Shown here piece after piece: positions 28,693 through 37,274 of a stretch of 64,000 nt of DNA. The position numbers and the translations under genes are program-made. The stretch lies in contig PLMN01000023.1 in the NCBI GenBank assembly GCA_003141555.1, forward strand, positions 79,916 to 143,915. Direction: 5' to 3'. Position 1 is the stretch's first letter. The number at the start of each line of letters is the position of its first letter. This DNA comes from Candidatus Aminicenantes bacterium. GTDB lineage: Bacteria; Acidobacteriota; Aminicenantia; Aminicenantales; UBA4085. A model generated the notes under the pieces. It worked only from the letters and a program-made list of their open reading frames with translations. It had not been told where the DNA came from and searched no databases.

Positions 28693-28767
28693 GAGATCCC
28701 TCGCTTCGCTCGCAACGACGTTTTGGCCATGAGATTGCTTCGCTCCCAAGGGTCGCTCGCAATGACA
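28693..28767. repeat. REP-like element (GAGATTGCTTCG...CTCGCAATGAC type), two degenerate copies
   Basis: GAGATCCCTCGCTTCGCTCGCAACGAC and GAGATTGCTTCGCT..GTCGCTCGCAATGACA in an intergenic region. Confidence 0.6.
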
Positions 28768-28852
28768 ATCGTGTTATAATACCGCGACGCGCCGGGCGCG
28801 CGAAACGCGGGGGCGACAGGCCCCAAGGGGCCGCTTTCCACGAGGAGGTTAC

Positions 28853-29575
28853 ATGGCTACGGTACTTCAAGTCGATAATCTGCGGAAGACCTACGGGAGC
28901 TTCCAGGCCGTCAAGGGCGTGAGCTTCCAGGTCGCCGAGGGCGAGGTCTTCGCCCTGATCGGCCCGAATGGGGCCGGCAAGACGACCACGCTCCGGGTCA
29001 TCGCTACGCTGCTCACCCTCTCGGGCGGCGACGTGACGATGGACGGCTTCGACCTCAAGAAGCACCCCGACAAGTTCCGCGAGCGCATCAGCTACCTGCC
29101 GGAAGAGGCGGGCGCCTACAAGAACCTGAAGGGCATCGATTACCTCAAGTTCATGGCCCGCTTCTACGCTTCGACGGACGCCCAGTACGACGAGATCATC
29201 AAGCGGGCCGAGGGGATCGCCGACCTGGGCGACCGGCTCTACGTCAAGGTCGGGACCTACAGCAAGGGCATGGTCCGCAAGCTCCTGCTCGCCCGGGCCC
29301 TGATGACAAAGCCCCGCCTGGCCATCCTCGACGAGCCGACCTCGGGGCTCGACGTCATCAACTCGCTCGAGGTGCGGGAGATCATCAAGCGCTATGCGCG
29401 CGAGGGCATCTCGGTCCTCCTCTCCTCGCACAACATGCTCGAGATTGAGTACCTCTCCGACCGGGTGGCCCTGATCGACAAGGGCGTCATCCTCGACGCC
29501 GGCACCCCCGCGTCGCTCAAGGAGAAATACCAGGCCGGCAACCTCGAAGTCGTGTTCAGGAGCGCCCTCCGATGA
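28853..29575 (+). CDS. ABC transporter ATP-binding protein (NatA-like)
   Basis: GPNGAGKTT, YSKGM, ILDEPTSGLD, SSH. Confidence 0.95.
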   Translation: MATVLQVDNLRKTYGSFQAVKGVSFQVAEGEVFALIGPNGAGKTTTLRVIATLLTLSGGDVTMDGFDLKKHPDKFRERISYLPEEAGAYKNLKGIDYLKFMARFYASTDAQYDEIIKRAEGIADLGDRLYVKVGTYSKGMVRKLLLARALMTKPRLAILDEPTSGLDVINSLEVREIIKRYAREGISVLLSSHNMLEIEYLSDRVALIDKGVILDAGTPASLKEKYQAGNLEVVFRSALR

Positions 29576-30858
29576 AAAAATTCCAGAACCTGCTGGTCAA
29601 GGAAGTCCGGGAGCTGGTCACCAAACAGCTCGTCGTCTCGCTCGTCATGACCATGGCTCTCTTCTACTTCATCGGAAACCTGGCCAAGAGCGAGGCCAAG
29701 CGGGCCTCGGCTTCGCAGAAGATCGCCGTCCTCGACCTCGACAAATCCGAGCTCTCCACCGGCCTGCTGGCCAACATGAAGACCATGAATTACGCGGTGG
29801 ACGCGTTCGAGGGCGACAAGGACGCGGCCCTGGCCAAAGCCAAGGCGGGCGAGACGAGCCTCCTGCTCGTCATCCCCCAGGGCTTCGGCACGTCGGTCGC
29901 GAAGTTCGAGACCAAGGAAATCGAATCCTACACGTTCCTGCGCGGCTTCTCGCTCGGCGGGGCGCGGAACTCGGGCATTCTCCAGGCCGTGGTCGGGGCG
30001 ATCAACAATTACCTCTCGAGCGACTTCCTGAAGAAGAAGATCCCCGACCTCGATCCGGACAATATCAAGCATCCGATCAAGACCAAGGATTTCATCATCG
30101 TCAAGGACAAGATGGCCCAGGGCTCGGCCTCGGCCATCTACGGCTTCGTCTTCAGCCAGTCGATCTTCGTCCCGGTCATCCTGATGATGATCATCATCTA
30201 CTCCGCGCAGATGGTCATCTCGGCCATCGCCATGGAAAAGCAGAACAAGACGCTCGAAACGCTCCTGACGGTGCCCATCAAGCGGACCTCCATCGTCACC
30301 ACCAAGATGTTGGCCGCGGGCATCGTCGGCCTCGCTTCGGCCGCCATCTACATGATCGGCTTCAAGTCGTACATGGGCGGTATGACGGGCGGCATGGGTC
30401 AGGCGACGGGCGGCATGCAGAGCGCCATCCAGCAGCTCGGCCTGTCGCTTAACACGGGCGGCTACTTGGTCTTGGGCGCCTCGCTCTTCTTCGCCATCCT
30501 CTGCGGCCTGGCCATGGCCATGATCCTGGGCGTGATGGCCGAGGACTTCCGCAGCGCCCAGATGATGGTCATGCCCATGGTCTTCCTGGTCATGATCCCC
30601 TACTTCATCTCGTTCTTCGCCGACTTCCGGACGCTGAGCCTGCCGGTCAAGATCCTGGTCTGGGTCATCCCCTTCTCTCACCCGTTCCTGGCGACGCAGA
30701 ACATCATCCTCGGTAACACGCAGGGGCTGTTGCTCGGGATCGCATACATGTTCGTCTTTTTCCTGGTCATGGTGGTCATCGCCGCCCGGATCTTCTCCAC
30801 GGACCGCGTCCTGACGATGAAGCTGAGGTGGGGAAAGAAAAAGGGGGCGGCGGCCTGA
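29572..30858 (+). CDS. ABC-2 permease (NatB-like)
   Basis: AMEKQNKTLETLLTVP, multiple TM helices; overlaps the ATPase stop. Confidence 0.92.
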   Translation: MKKFQNLLVKEVRELVTKQLVVSLVMTMALFYFIGNLAKSEAKRASASQKIAVLDLDKSELSTGLLANMKTMNYAVDAFEGDKDAALAKAKAGETSLLLVIPQGFGTSVAKFETKEIESYTFLRGFSLGGARNSGILQAVVGAINNYLSSDFLKKKIPDLDPDNIKHPIKTKDFIIVKDKMAQGSASAIYGFVFSQSIFVPVILMMIIIYSAQMVISAIAMEKQNKTLETLLTVPIKRTSIVTTKMLAAGIVGLASAAIYMIGFKSYMGGMTGGMGQATGGMQSAIQQLGLSLNTGGYLVLGASLFFAILCGLAMAMILGVMAEDFRSAQMMVMPMVFLVMIPYFISFFADFRTLSLPVKILVWVIPFSHPFLATQNIILGNTQGLLLGIAYMFVFFLVMVVIAARIFSTDRVLTMKLRWGKKKGAAA

Positions 30859-30865
30859 TCGTCAT

Positions 30866-30924
30866 AAATCGGTGACAGGATACGGATTTCCGAATTCGAT
30901 GACGCGCAACCGTGTCCCAGAAAT
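30866..30924. repeat. Degenerate GGTGACA-type REP-like palindrome
   Basis: AAATCGGTGACAGG...CGTGTCCCAGAAAT; resembles the elements at 31557 and 62232. Confidence 0.4.
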
Positions 30925-30939
30925 AGCGAGATCGCGGCG

Positions 30940-31572
30940 ATGATGAGCCTGCCCGCTCCCCTGCTGACCGCCCTCCGTTGGGACGAGGCGCTTTTTAAAT
31001 TCATCAACTCCCACCACTCCGCGGTGTTCGACGCCGTGTTCTGGTCCTTGAGCACGTTCGGCAGCGGCTGGGGAATCATCCCGGCTTATTTCGTCTTTAC
31101 CCTGTTCACGGCCCCCAAGAGGCGCGTCTGGGCGATCATCGCCGCCTCGGGCGTCACCCTGATCGCGGGTGGGATCCTGAGCTCGACGATCAAGGTGCAC
31201 GTGGACCGCTCGCGCCCGACGATCTACTTCAAGGCGCCATCGGCGGAGGAGGCGGCGCAGACCGACGCCTCGCGCGCCTTCATCGTTCGCAACATCGGCC
31301 CGCGCCTGCGCGACCATGCATTTCCATCCGGCCACACATGGACGGCCTTCGCCATCGCCACCCTGATGACGCTCTTTTTCGGGCGAAAATATTGGTGGGC
31401 GTATCTCATCGCGGCGGCCATCGGCTATTCGCGGATCTACGTCGGCGTCCACTTCCCACTGGACGTCCTGGGCGGGGCGGGCTGCGGCGCGCTGCTGGCC
31501 TATCTCGTCTGGCGGGTGACGGCCTGGATCGCGCCCCGCCGGGCGCGCCCGCAGGGGGGGGGAATTCGGTGA
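30940..31572 (+). CDS. PAP2-family phosphatase
   Basis: KxxxxRxRP, FPSGH, SRIYVGVHFPLD. Confidence 0.93.
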   Translation: MMSLPAPLLTALRWDEALFKFINSHHSAVFDAVFWSLSTFGSGWGIIPAYFVFTLFTAPKRRVWAIIAASGVTLIAGGILSSTIKVHVDRSRPTIYFKAPSAEEAAQTDASRAFIVRNIGPRLRDHAFPSGHTWTAFAIATLMTLFFGRKYWWAYLIAAAIGYSRIYVGVHFPLDVLGGAGCGALLAYLVWRVTAWIAPRRARPQGGGIR

Positions 31573-31619
31573 CATGACCCAATTCTCTGGAATTGGAATC
31601 GTGTCACCTGAATTCCCCC
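31557..31619. repeat. REP-like palindrome
   Basis: GGGGGAATTCGGTGACA..CCAATTC TCTG GAATTGG..TGTCACCTGAATTCCCCC; overlaps the PAP2 stop. Confidence 0.65.
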
Positions 31620-31649
31620 GGTCCGGAACGTCCTTCCTCGGAAGCCCCG

Positions 31650-31678
31650 TTGACAAGGAGGACGATTGAGGCCATACT
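31650..31678 (+). promoter_or_regulatory. Putative sigma70 promoter
   Basis: TTGACA-N17-CATACT upstream of 31708. Confidence 0.5.
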
Positions 31679-31707
31679 TCTTCCAAGTATTCAGCGAGGA
31701 GAAACCC

Positions 31708-32151
31708 ATGAAAGTCAAATTTGTCGCCGTAGTAGGATTGGCCGCTTTTATCGCCTTCGGGGTGATGACGGCAAGCGCTCAGGGCAACCGGACGGTTCTG
31801 CGCATCGACAGCGTCAAGATCACCAAGACCGAATGCGGGAAGCCGCTGGAATTCCAGATCGTAATCAAGAACGCCGGCGCGCAGGGCTTCAACCGGGAAA
31901 TCGCCGTGGTCATCAAGAACGGCAACAACCATATCGGCCACCAGTTCGTCATGAGCATCGGGGCCGGCCTGACGATCACGGACACGCAGTCCTCCCTCAA
32001 CGCGGACTTCCTGGCCGATTGCTGCAAGCAGGTCTGTTTCGAAGTCAGCCTGGCCGCGACCGTGAACGGCGGCGACGTCGCGGAATGGAACAAGGTGCCC
32101 TTCAAGCTTTGCACCAAGCCCGGGAACGTGGTCGTCGTCCCCGGCCGCTGA
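31708..32151 (+). CDS. Small secreted protein, CARDB/Ig-like
   Basis: RBS GAGGAG; signal peptide ending ASA; IVIKNAG beta pattern; five Cys. Confidence 0.7.
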   Translation: MKVKFVAVVGLAAFIAFGVMTASAQGNRTVLRIDSVKITKTECGKPLEFQIVIKNAGAQGFNREIAVVIKNGNNHIGHQFVMSIGAGLTITDTQSSLNADFLADCCKQVCFEVSLAATVNGGDVAEWNKVPFKLCTKPGNVVVVPGR

Positions 32152-32175
32152 GCGCCGCGGCGGTCGCGGCCTCCC

Positions 32176-34341
32176 CTACCACCGCCAGAGATAGCTGACC
32201 TTGAAGAAAAAGCCTCGTTTGGTCTCGAGGAACCGGTCGCTGGCCTCGTATTCGCTCCCGTTCCAGCGGATTTGTTCGAAAGCCGACCCGTAACCGACGT
32301 AGACGACCGTCCCGGGGATGTAGGTGAACGAGGCCAGCGTGTCCACGGTCATGCGCTTGTAGTAGAAGTTGTACTCGACGATCGCCCGCAGGAAGAAGTA
32401 CTTGTTGACCTGGAAGGTGTTGAAGCTGCGGACGATCGTGTAGTCGTAGATCTTCACCCCGTCCGCTCGGCGGTAGAAATCCTGGTAGGCCAGCGCCAGG
32501 CTGAAGTCCAGCTGGTCGATCGGCTGGAGCTCCAAGGAGGCCTGGGCGTTGTTGCCCTGGCCCTGGTAGGGCGCGTCGGGATCGTAGTAGACCTCCCCCC
32601 GGTAGCGGTAGTAGAGGTTCAGGTAGAAATGCTTCGACATCTGCGAGCGGAACTGGAAGCCGATGCCGGTCGTGTCGAAGCTCCGGCTCTGGTAGATCTC
32701 GTTGGCCACGGGGACGTCGATCCGGAACTGGGTCGAGCGCGGAAGCCAGAAGCGGAGAGTGAAGAGGTTGAACGACTCGATCTTGTTGGAGGCGGTGTCC
32801 AGGAGCTGGTAGCTCCAGTAGAAGGGCTCGATGCGCTGGAAGAAGCTCGACTTGGGATAGAACGCGTATTCGGCGAAAATCGCCAGCCGTCGCAGCCCGG
32901 TCCTCTGGAGGAATCCCGTGTCCACCCGGAAGTCCCGGGAGATGTCCTGGTAGCCGATGTCCAGCGAGAGATGCCGGTCGCTATGCGTGTAGTCCAGGCC
33001 GAGGGCATGCCCGTCGAGCGCGTCCGCCTGGCCCGGACTCCGGGAAAACGACCCGAACCAATGGAACGAGACGACGTCGGTGGGGGTGAAGCGAAAGCGC
33101 CCGTCCGCGCCCCCGACCCGGTTGTAGCCACCCTGTTGCTCGCGTCCCGTATAGAAGCCGCCGATGTAGGAGTCTTCATTGAGGGCGTGCTTGACCCGGA
33201 AGATGGAGAAAACGGGATGCTCGTCCAAACCGGTCCCGGGCTCGTTGTCGCGGGCGTAGATGGCCGAGAACGTGTTGGTCGGCCCGATCTTCCCGCCGAG
33301 CTTGAAGCCGTAGTTCGGCGATACGATGGTCCGGGTGTGGACCAGATCCGTGAGCGGGGCTTCCTCGGTGTTGCCGGCGAACTGCCAGATCTCATTGCCC
33401 TCGAGGAAAAACGGCCGCTTCTCCGGATAGTACAGGGCATACCGGAGGTTGATGTCGACCTGCCCGGCGTCGGACTCGACCTGGCTGAAGTCCGGATGGA
33501 CGGCCGCGTCGAGGGTGAGGTCGTTGCTGAGGCCGATCTTGCCGGTCAGGCCGAGGTCGGTCTCGCGCTCATCCGTCCGGAGCCGCCCTCCAGAGGCGGA
33601 GCTTTTGTCGCTGTGGGTGATCGACGGCAGGAGCTCGACCACCCGCTGGAAATGGAGGCCCGTCACCGTGACGGGCTGGGTCTGGGCGATGATGCTTCCT
33701 TTGTCGACATAGATCGGCGGCGCGCTGGCCATTTCCGAGGTCCGGACGAGCTGGCGGAAGTAGCCCAGCCGGATGGTGATGTCCCGGCCGGCCGGGAAGC
33801 GGATGCTCTGGAGCGGGATCCGGTATTCGACGACGTAGCCTTTGTCGTCGATCATGCCCTTGCTGTACCAGACGAAGTCCTGGTCCGCCGTCAGGTTGCC
33901 GTTCGCGTCCATCATGCCGTCCCCCTGGATGCCCAGGGGGTTGACCAGGAAGCCGTAGCCGCTCTGCATGGTATTGTACGTATCGATGACGACGCCCACG
34001 AAATCGTCCGAGAAAATAGCGTCCCACTTGCACATCGAGGCCTTGATCTTGGACGGGTCGGTATCGTAGCAGCGGAAGGCGAAATAGAGGTTGTCCGCGT
34101 CGTAGAGGAAATAGCCCTCGGTCTTCTGGCTGGGCTCCTTGCCGTAATCGGGCTTGAAGGTCTTGAAGTTGTCCATCCGGAGGGCGCCGTCCCACTCGCC
34201 GGGCTCGAGCTTCCCATCGATGACGGGCGGCTTCGGCGCCGGCGCGAGATCCCGGGTGGCCAGGGCGGAGAAGGCAGGGACGGCGAGCAGCACCGCCGCC
34301 AGAAGAGCCGCCGGGATCCGGGATGTCAATCGTTTCTTCAT
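32176..34341 (-). CDS. CBM9-like + DUF5916 outer-membrane protein
   Basis: PVIDGKLEPGEW; HPDFSQVESD; YYPEKRPFFLEG; C-terminal FFFKVSYLWRW. Confidence 0.88.
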   Translation of the reverse strand: MKKRLTSRIPAALLAAVLLAVPAFSALATRDLAPAPKPPVIDGKLEPGEWDGALRMDNFKTFKPDYGKEPSQKTEGYFLYDADNLYFAFRCYDTDPSKIKASMCKWDAIFSDDFVGVVIDTYNTMQSGYGFLVNPLGIQGDGMMDANGNLTADQDFVWYSKGMIDDKGYVVEYRIPLQSIRFPAGRDITIRLGYFRQLVRTSEMASAPPIYVDKGSIIAQTQPVTVTGLHFQRVVELLPSITHSDKSSASGGRLRTDERETDLGLTGKIGLSNDLTLDAAVHPDFSQVESDAGQVDINLRYALYYPEKRPFFLEGNEIWQFAGNTEEAPLTDLVHTRTIVSPNYGFKLGGKIGPTNTFSAIYARDNEPGTGLDEHPVFSIFRVKHALNEDSYIGGFYTGREQQGGYNRVGGADGRFRFTPTDVVSFHWFGSFSRSPGQADALDGHALGLDYTHSDRHLSLDIGYQDISRDFRVDTGFLQRTGLRRLAIFAEYAFYPKSSFFQRIEPFYWSYQLLDTASNKIESFNLFTLRFWLPRSTQFRIDVPVANEIYQSRSFDTTGIGFQFRSQMSKHFYLNLYYRYRGEVYYDPDAPYQGQGNNAQASLELQPIDQLDFSLALAYQDFYRRADGVKIYDYTIVRSFNTFQVNKYFFLRAIVEYNFYYKRMTVDTLASFTYIPGTVVYVGYGSAFEQIRWNGSEYEASDRFLETKRGFFFKVSYLWRW

Positions 34342-34520
34342 GTCAACGCTCACTTTATGAAAACCGGTAAGAAGCTTAACTTTGCCCCTCCGCTATTAAA
34401 GACGAAAAATGGGCGAAGAAAGTTTGCGTGGGATGGAACTCCGCATCTCGAGGAGGGATACGGACTCTTATCTTTCAGGAAGCTCGACGTGCCCGCGGGC
34501 GCGGACCGCCGCTTCCTTAC

Positions 34521-35822
34521 CTATTTTTTCTTGGGTGCGGGACCCGGCGCGGGCGCCGTTTCCGCACTCTTCAACGGGACGTCGCGCTTTTCCGCAAGGA
34601 GCAACGCGTCGCGGCTGTCGCGCCAGTGATAGCCGAGGTGGAAGGGCAGCTTCGGGATGATCTCCGCCCCCTCGGCATAGGCCTTCTGCAGGTCGGGCTG
34701 GTCGACCCCCGAGAAATCCCGGATGGGCTTGGCGTATTCCCCGTAGAGCCGCACTTGCCACTCCGCCAGCTTGAACTGTTTGTAGGCGATGCCGGTATCG
34801 TCCTCGAGGATGAACTTGCTCCGGGACAAGACCAACTCGCGCATGTGGGAGAACTCGGCGTAGTGCAGCAGGTAGGACCCCGACTTGATGTACGTCGTCG
34901 CGGGCGGCATGACGAGCTTGTCGAGATACATGTAGAACGACGATTCTTTGGCGAAGATCTTGTTCTGGAGATCGCACGAGACGTAGATGATCGTCTTGGG
35001 CTGGGGCATGCCCGGCCGCACGAACCGGATATTGAGGCCGTAGGGCCGGAAGGCCTTCTTGGCCTGGTCGTAGGGCGATTCCACCGCCTCGCCCAGCCCT
35101 TCGAACTCGAGGCGCTTCACGTCGATGATCGTATGGCCCGTCCGCTTGAGGAAGACGGCGATGACCGGCAGGACGCCCTCCAATTGGCCGTAGAGAGTCG
35201 CGTCCATGTGCGAGGTGATGAAATAGCTCTTCTCGAAGAAATCCTTGAGAGAAGAGGCCAGGCTGTTCCAGTATGTTTCGGCCTGGGCCCCCTTCCACTC
35301 GGTCGGGCGGGGGAGCCGGCCGCAGAATTCGAGCCCGAGCAGGACATAGGTCTCGGCGTCGGGGAAGAACTCGAAGGCGGACATGAAGTCGGGCCCGCCG
35401 AAAGGATAGAAGAGGAACTTGCCCCAGATGCGGGCATCGAAGAGCTCCTTTTCGGCCCAGAGGCGCATCGGGGCGAGGCGCTTCGCCTCGAGCTCGGCCC
35501 AGCTCTTGTCCATCGACTCGGCGAACTTCGTCCAAGCCGGCGATTCGCGGAGCGCCTTGAGGGCCGGCGCGTCCCCGGGCAGGCCGGCGAGGAGGGCCGC
35601 GATCTCGTCGAGCGACGGTTCGGGGAGCGGCGCGGGCTTCTCCGCCGCGGGTTTCTCGGCGGCCGGAACGGCCTTTTGAGCCGCGTGCTTGGCCGCCGGC
35701 TTGGCCGCCTGCCCCGTCGCCGGGGAGGCGGATAAGGACGGAGCGACGGCCGCGACGATCAGGCCGGCGGCAAGCAGGAGGGCGGCGGTAGATTTGCGAT
35801 GACCGATCATTCTCAAGACCAT
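34521..35822 (-). CDS. Secreted conserved hypothetical protein
   Basis: Signal peptide, Ala/Pro/Lys linker, LFYPFGGPDF, YIKSGSYLLH, ILEDDTGI; host-like codon usage. Start is uncertain (35810 possible). Confidence 0.75.
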   Translation of the reverse strand: MVLRMIGHRKSTAALLLAAGLIVAAVAPSLSASPATGQAAKPAAKHAAQKAVPAAEKPAAEKPAPLPEPSLDEIAALLAGLPGDAPALKALRESPAWTKFAESMDKSWAELEAKRLAPMRLWAEKELFDARIWGKFLFYPFGGPDFMSAFEFFPDAETYVLLGLEFCGRLPRPTEWKGAQAETYWNSLASSLKDFFEKSYFITSHMDATLYGQLEGVLPVIAVFLKRTGHTIIDVKRLEFEGLGEAVESPYDQAKKAFRPYGLNIRFVRPGMPQPKTIIYVSCDLQNKIFAKESSFYMYLDKLVMPPATTYIKSGSYLLHYAEFSHMRELVLSRSKFILEDDTGIAYKQFKLAEWQVRLYGEYAKPIRDFSGVDQPDLQKAYAEGAEIIPKLPFHLGYHWRDSRDALLLAEKRDVPLKSAETAPAPGPAPKKK

Positions 35823-35909
35823 GTTCCCTTCTCCGGGGCGGCCCTCTCTGGGGCCGCGCAAAATCCATACTACAGCCCGCTATTATATACGATTTCGGGC
35901 TTATCTAAA

Positions 35910-35988
35910 AAAAGGGGACGGTTCTATTTTTTTCCGCGCCTTCGCCCGAACCGCCCGGAAGCGCTAAAAAATAGAACCGTCCCCTTTT
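35910..35988. repeat. 23-bp perfect inverted repeat (REP-like or bidirectional terminator)
   Basis: AAAAGGGGACGGTTCTATTTTTT (35910-35932) and AAAAAATAGAACCGTCCCCTTTT (35966-35988). Confidence 0.75.
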
Positions 35989-36364
35989 ATTTCAGGATGA
36001 CGATGGTCGCGCCCCAGCCGCCCTCGGAGGCGTCGGCCAGGGCGAACGATTCGACGCCGGGAGTCCGGCCGAGGATCGCATGGACGGTCTGGAGCAGCGC
36101 GCCCGTCCCCTTCCCGTGGACGATCCGGACGCGCAGGATGCCAGCCGCACGGCAGGCTTCGAGGTACTCGGGCACGAGGTTCTTGACGTCCGCGGGCAGG
36201 AATGTATGGAGATCGAGCGTCCCGTCGATGGGGAGCTCGACGGGCTCCTCGCCGCCCTCGCCGAAGGGGTTTACCGTCGCCCCGCAGTCGCAGGCCACAG
36301 TCGTGCCGAACTGGAACAAGGTGACGTCGTATTCGCGGCCGCAGTCGGGACAACGGATGGCCAC
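35987..36364 (-). CDS. Smr-domain protein with an N-terminal zinc ribbon
   Basis: CPDC..CDC; LDLHTF, IVHGKGTG, GGWGAT. Confidence 0.88.
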   Translation of the reverse strand: MAIRCPDCGREYDVTLFQFGTTVACDCGATVNPFGEGGEEPVELPIDGTLDLHTFLPADVKNLVPEYLEACRAAGILRVRIVHGKGTGALLQTVHAILGRTPGVESFALADASEGGWGATIVILK

Positions 36365-36367
36365 GGA

Positions 36368-37108
36368 TCACCTCCGGCAGGCTTCGATGAAGCCCCCAAA
36401 GAGCGCTCGGGCGGGGTGGGCGGCGGCGGCATCGTTCGAGACGACGAGGTTTTCGGGATGCCACTGGACCGCGACGAGGAAGGGATGGGAAGGAAACTCG
36501 AGGCCTTCGATCAGGCCGTCCGTCACGCGCGCCGTGACGGCGAGCGGGCCGATGCGGCCGGGATATTCCGTGTCGCCCCGGACCGCCTGGTGGTGGCGGC
36601 TGTTCACCATGAAATCGGGCGCACCGGAGATCGCCGCGAGGCGGCTCCCCCGGACGGCAAAGACGCGATGGGCGAGGAAATCCTTGGGGTCCGGAACGCT
36701 GTGGCGGAGCAGGGGCCGCCGCTGGCTCGGGAGGTCCTGATAGAGCGCGCCGCCGGCGGCGACGCCGATGACTTGAAGCCCGCGGCAGATGGCTAGCGCG
36801 GGAAGCGCGCCGGCCAGGACGAAGCGCGCCGCGGCGAATTGCCCCTCGTCCAGCTCGCGGTCGGTCAGCCCGAGCTTGGGGTGCGGCGATTCGCCATAGC
36901 GCGCCGGCTCGACATCCGCGCCGCCGGGAAAGAGGACGCCGCGATATGAAGCGAGGAACGCGCCCAGGGCGCCTTCGTCGGCCCGCGCCGCCGCGGACGG
37001 CAGGTCGAGGGCCGGGTCCCCGCCCGCGCCACGGACGGCGTCGAGGTAAGGCTGATAATAGGCGGCGTTCGACGCGTGGCCGAGGACGAGGATGCGCGGT
37101 GCGGTCAT
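36368..37108 (-). CDS. Peptidase C26 / gamma-glutamyl-GABA hydrolase family (class I glutamine amidotransferase)
   Basis: FPGGADV, AICRGLQ, VNSRHHQAV, VQWHPE. Confidence 0.92.
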   Translation of the reverse strand: MTAPRILVLGHASNAAYYQPYLDAVRGAGGDPALDLPSAAARADEGALGAFLASYRGVLFPGGADVEPARYGESPHPKLGLTDRELDEGQFAAARFVLAGALPALAICRGLQVIGVAAGGALYQDLPSQRRPLLRHSVPDPKDFLAHRVFAVRGSRLAAISGAPDFMVNSRHHQAVRGDTEYPGRIGPLAVTARVTDGLIEGLEFPSHPFLVAVQWHPENLVVSNDAAAAHPARALFGGFIEACRR

Positions 37109-37274
37109 GAGCTCGCCTCTCACTTTACACTCGAACCAAAGGGAGACACAATATCTATTCCCCTAATCTTCCCCATTCTTCCGCATGAAAATGATAGATA
37201 AATTTTGCGCCGATCCGCCTTTTCCCCACCCGGCGATTATGATATAGATACCTCAGCAGATACGGGAGGTCATT

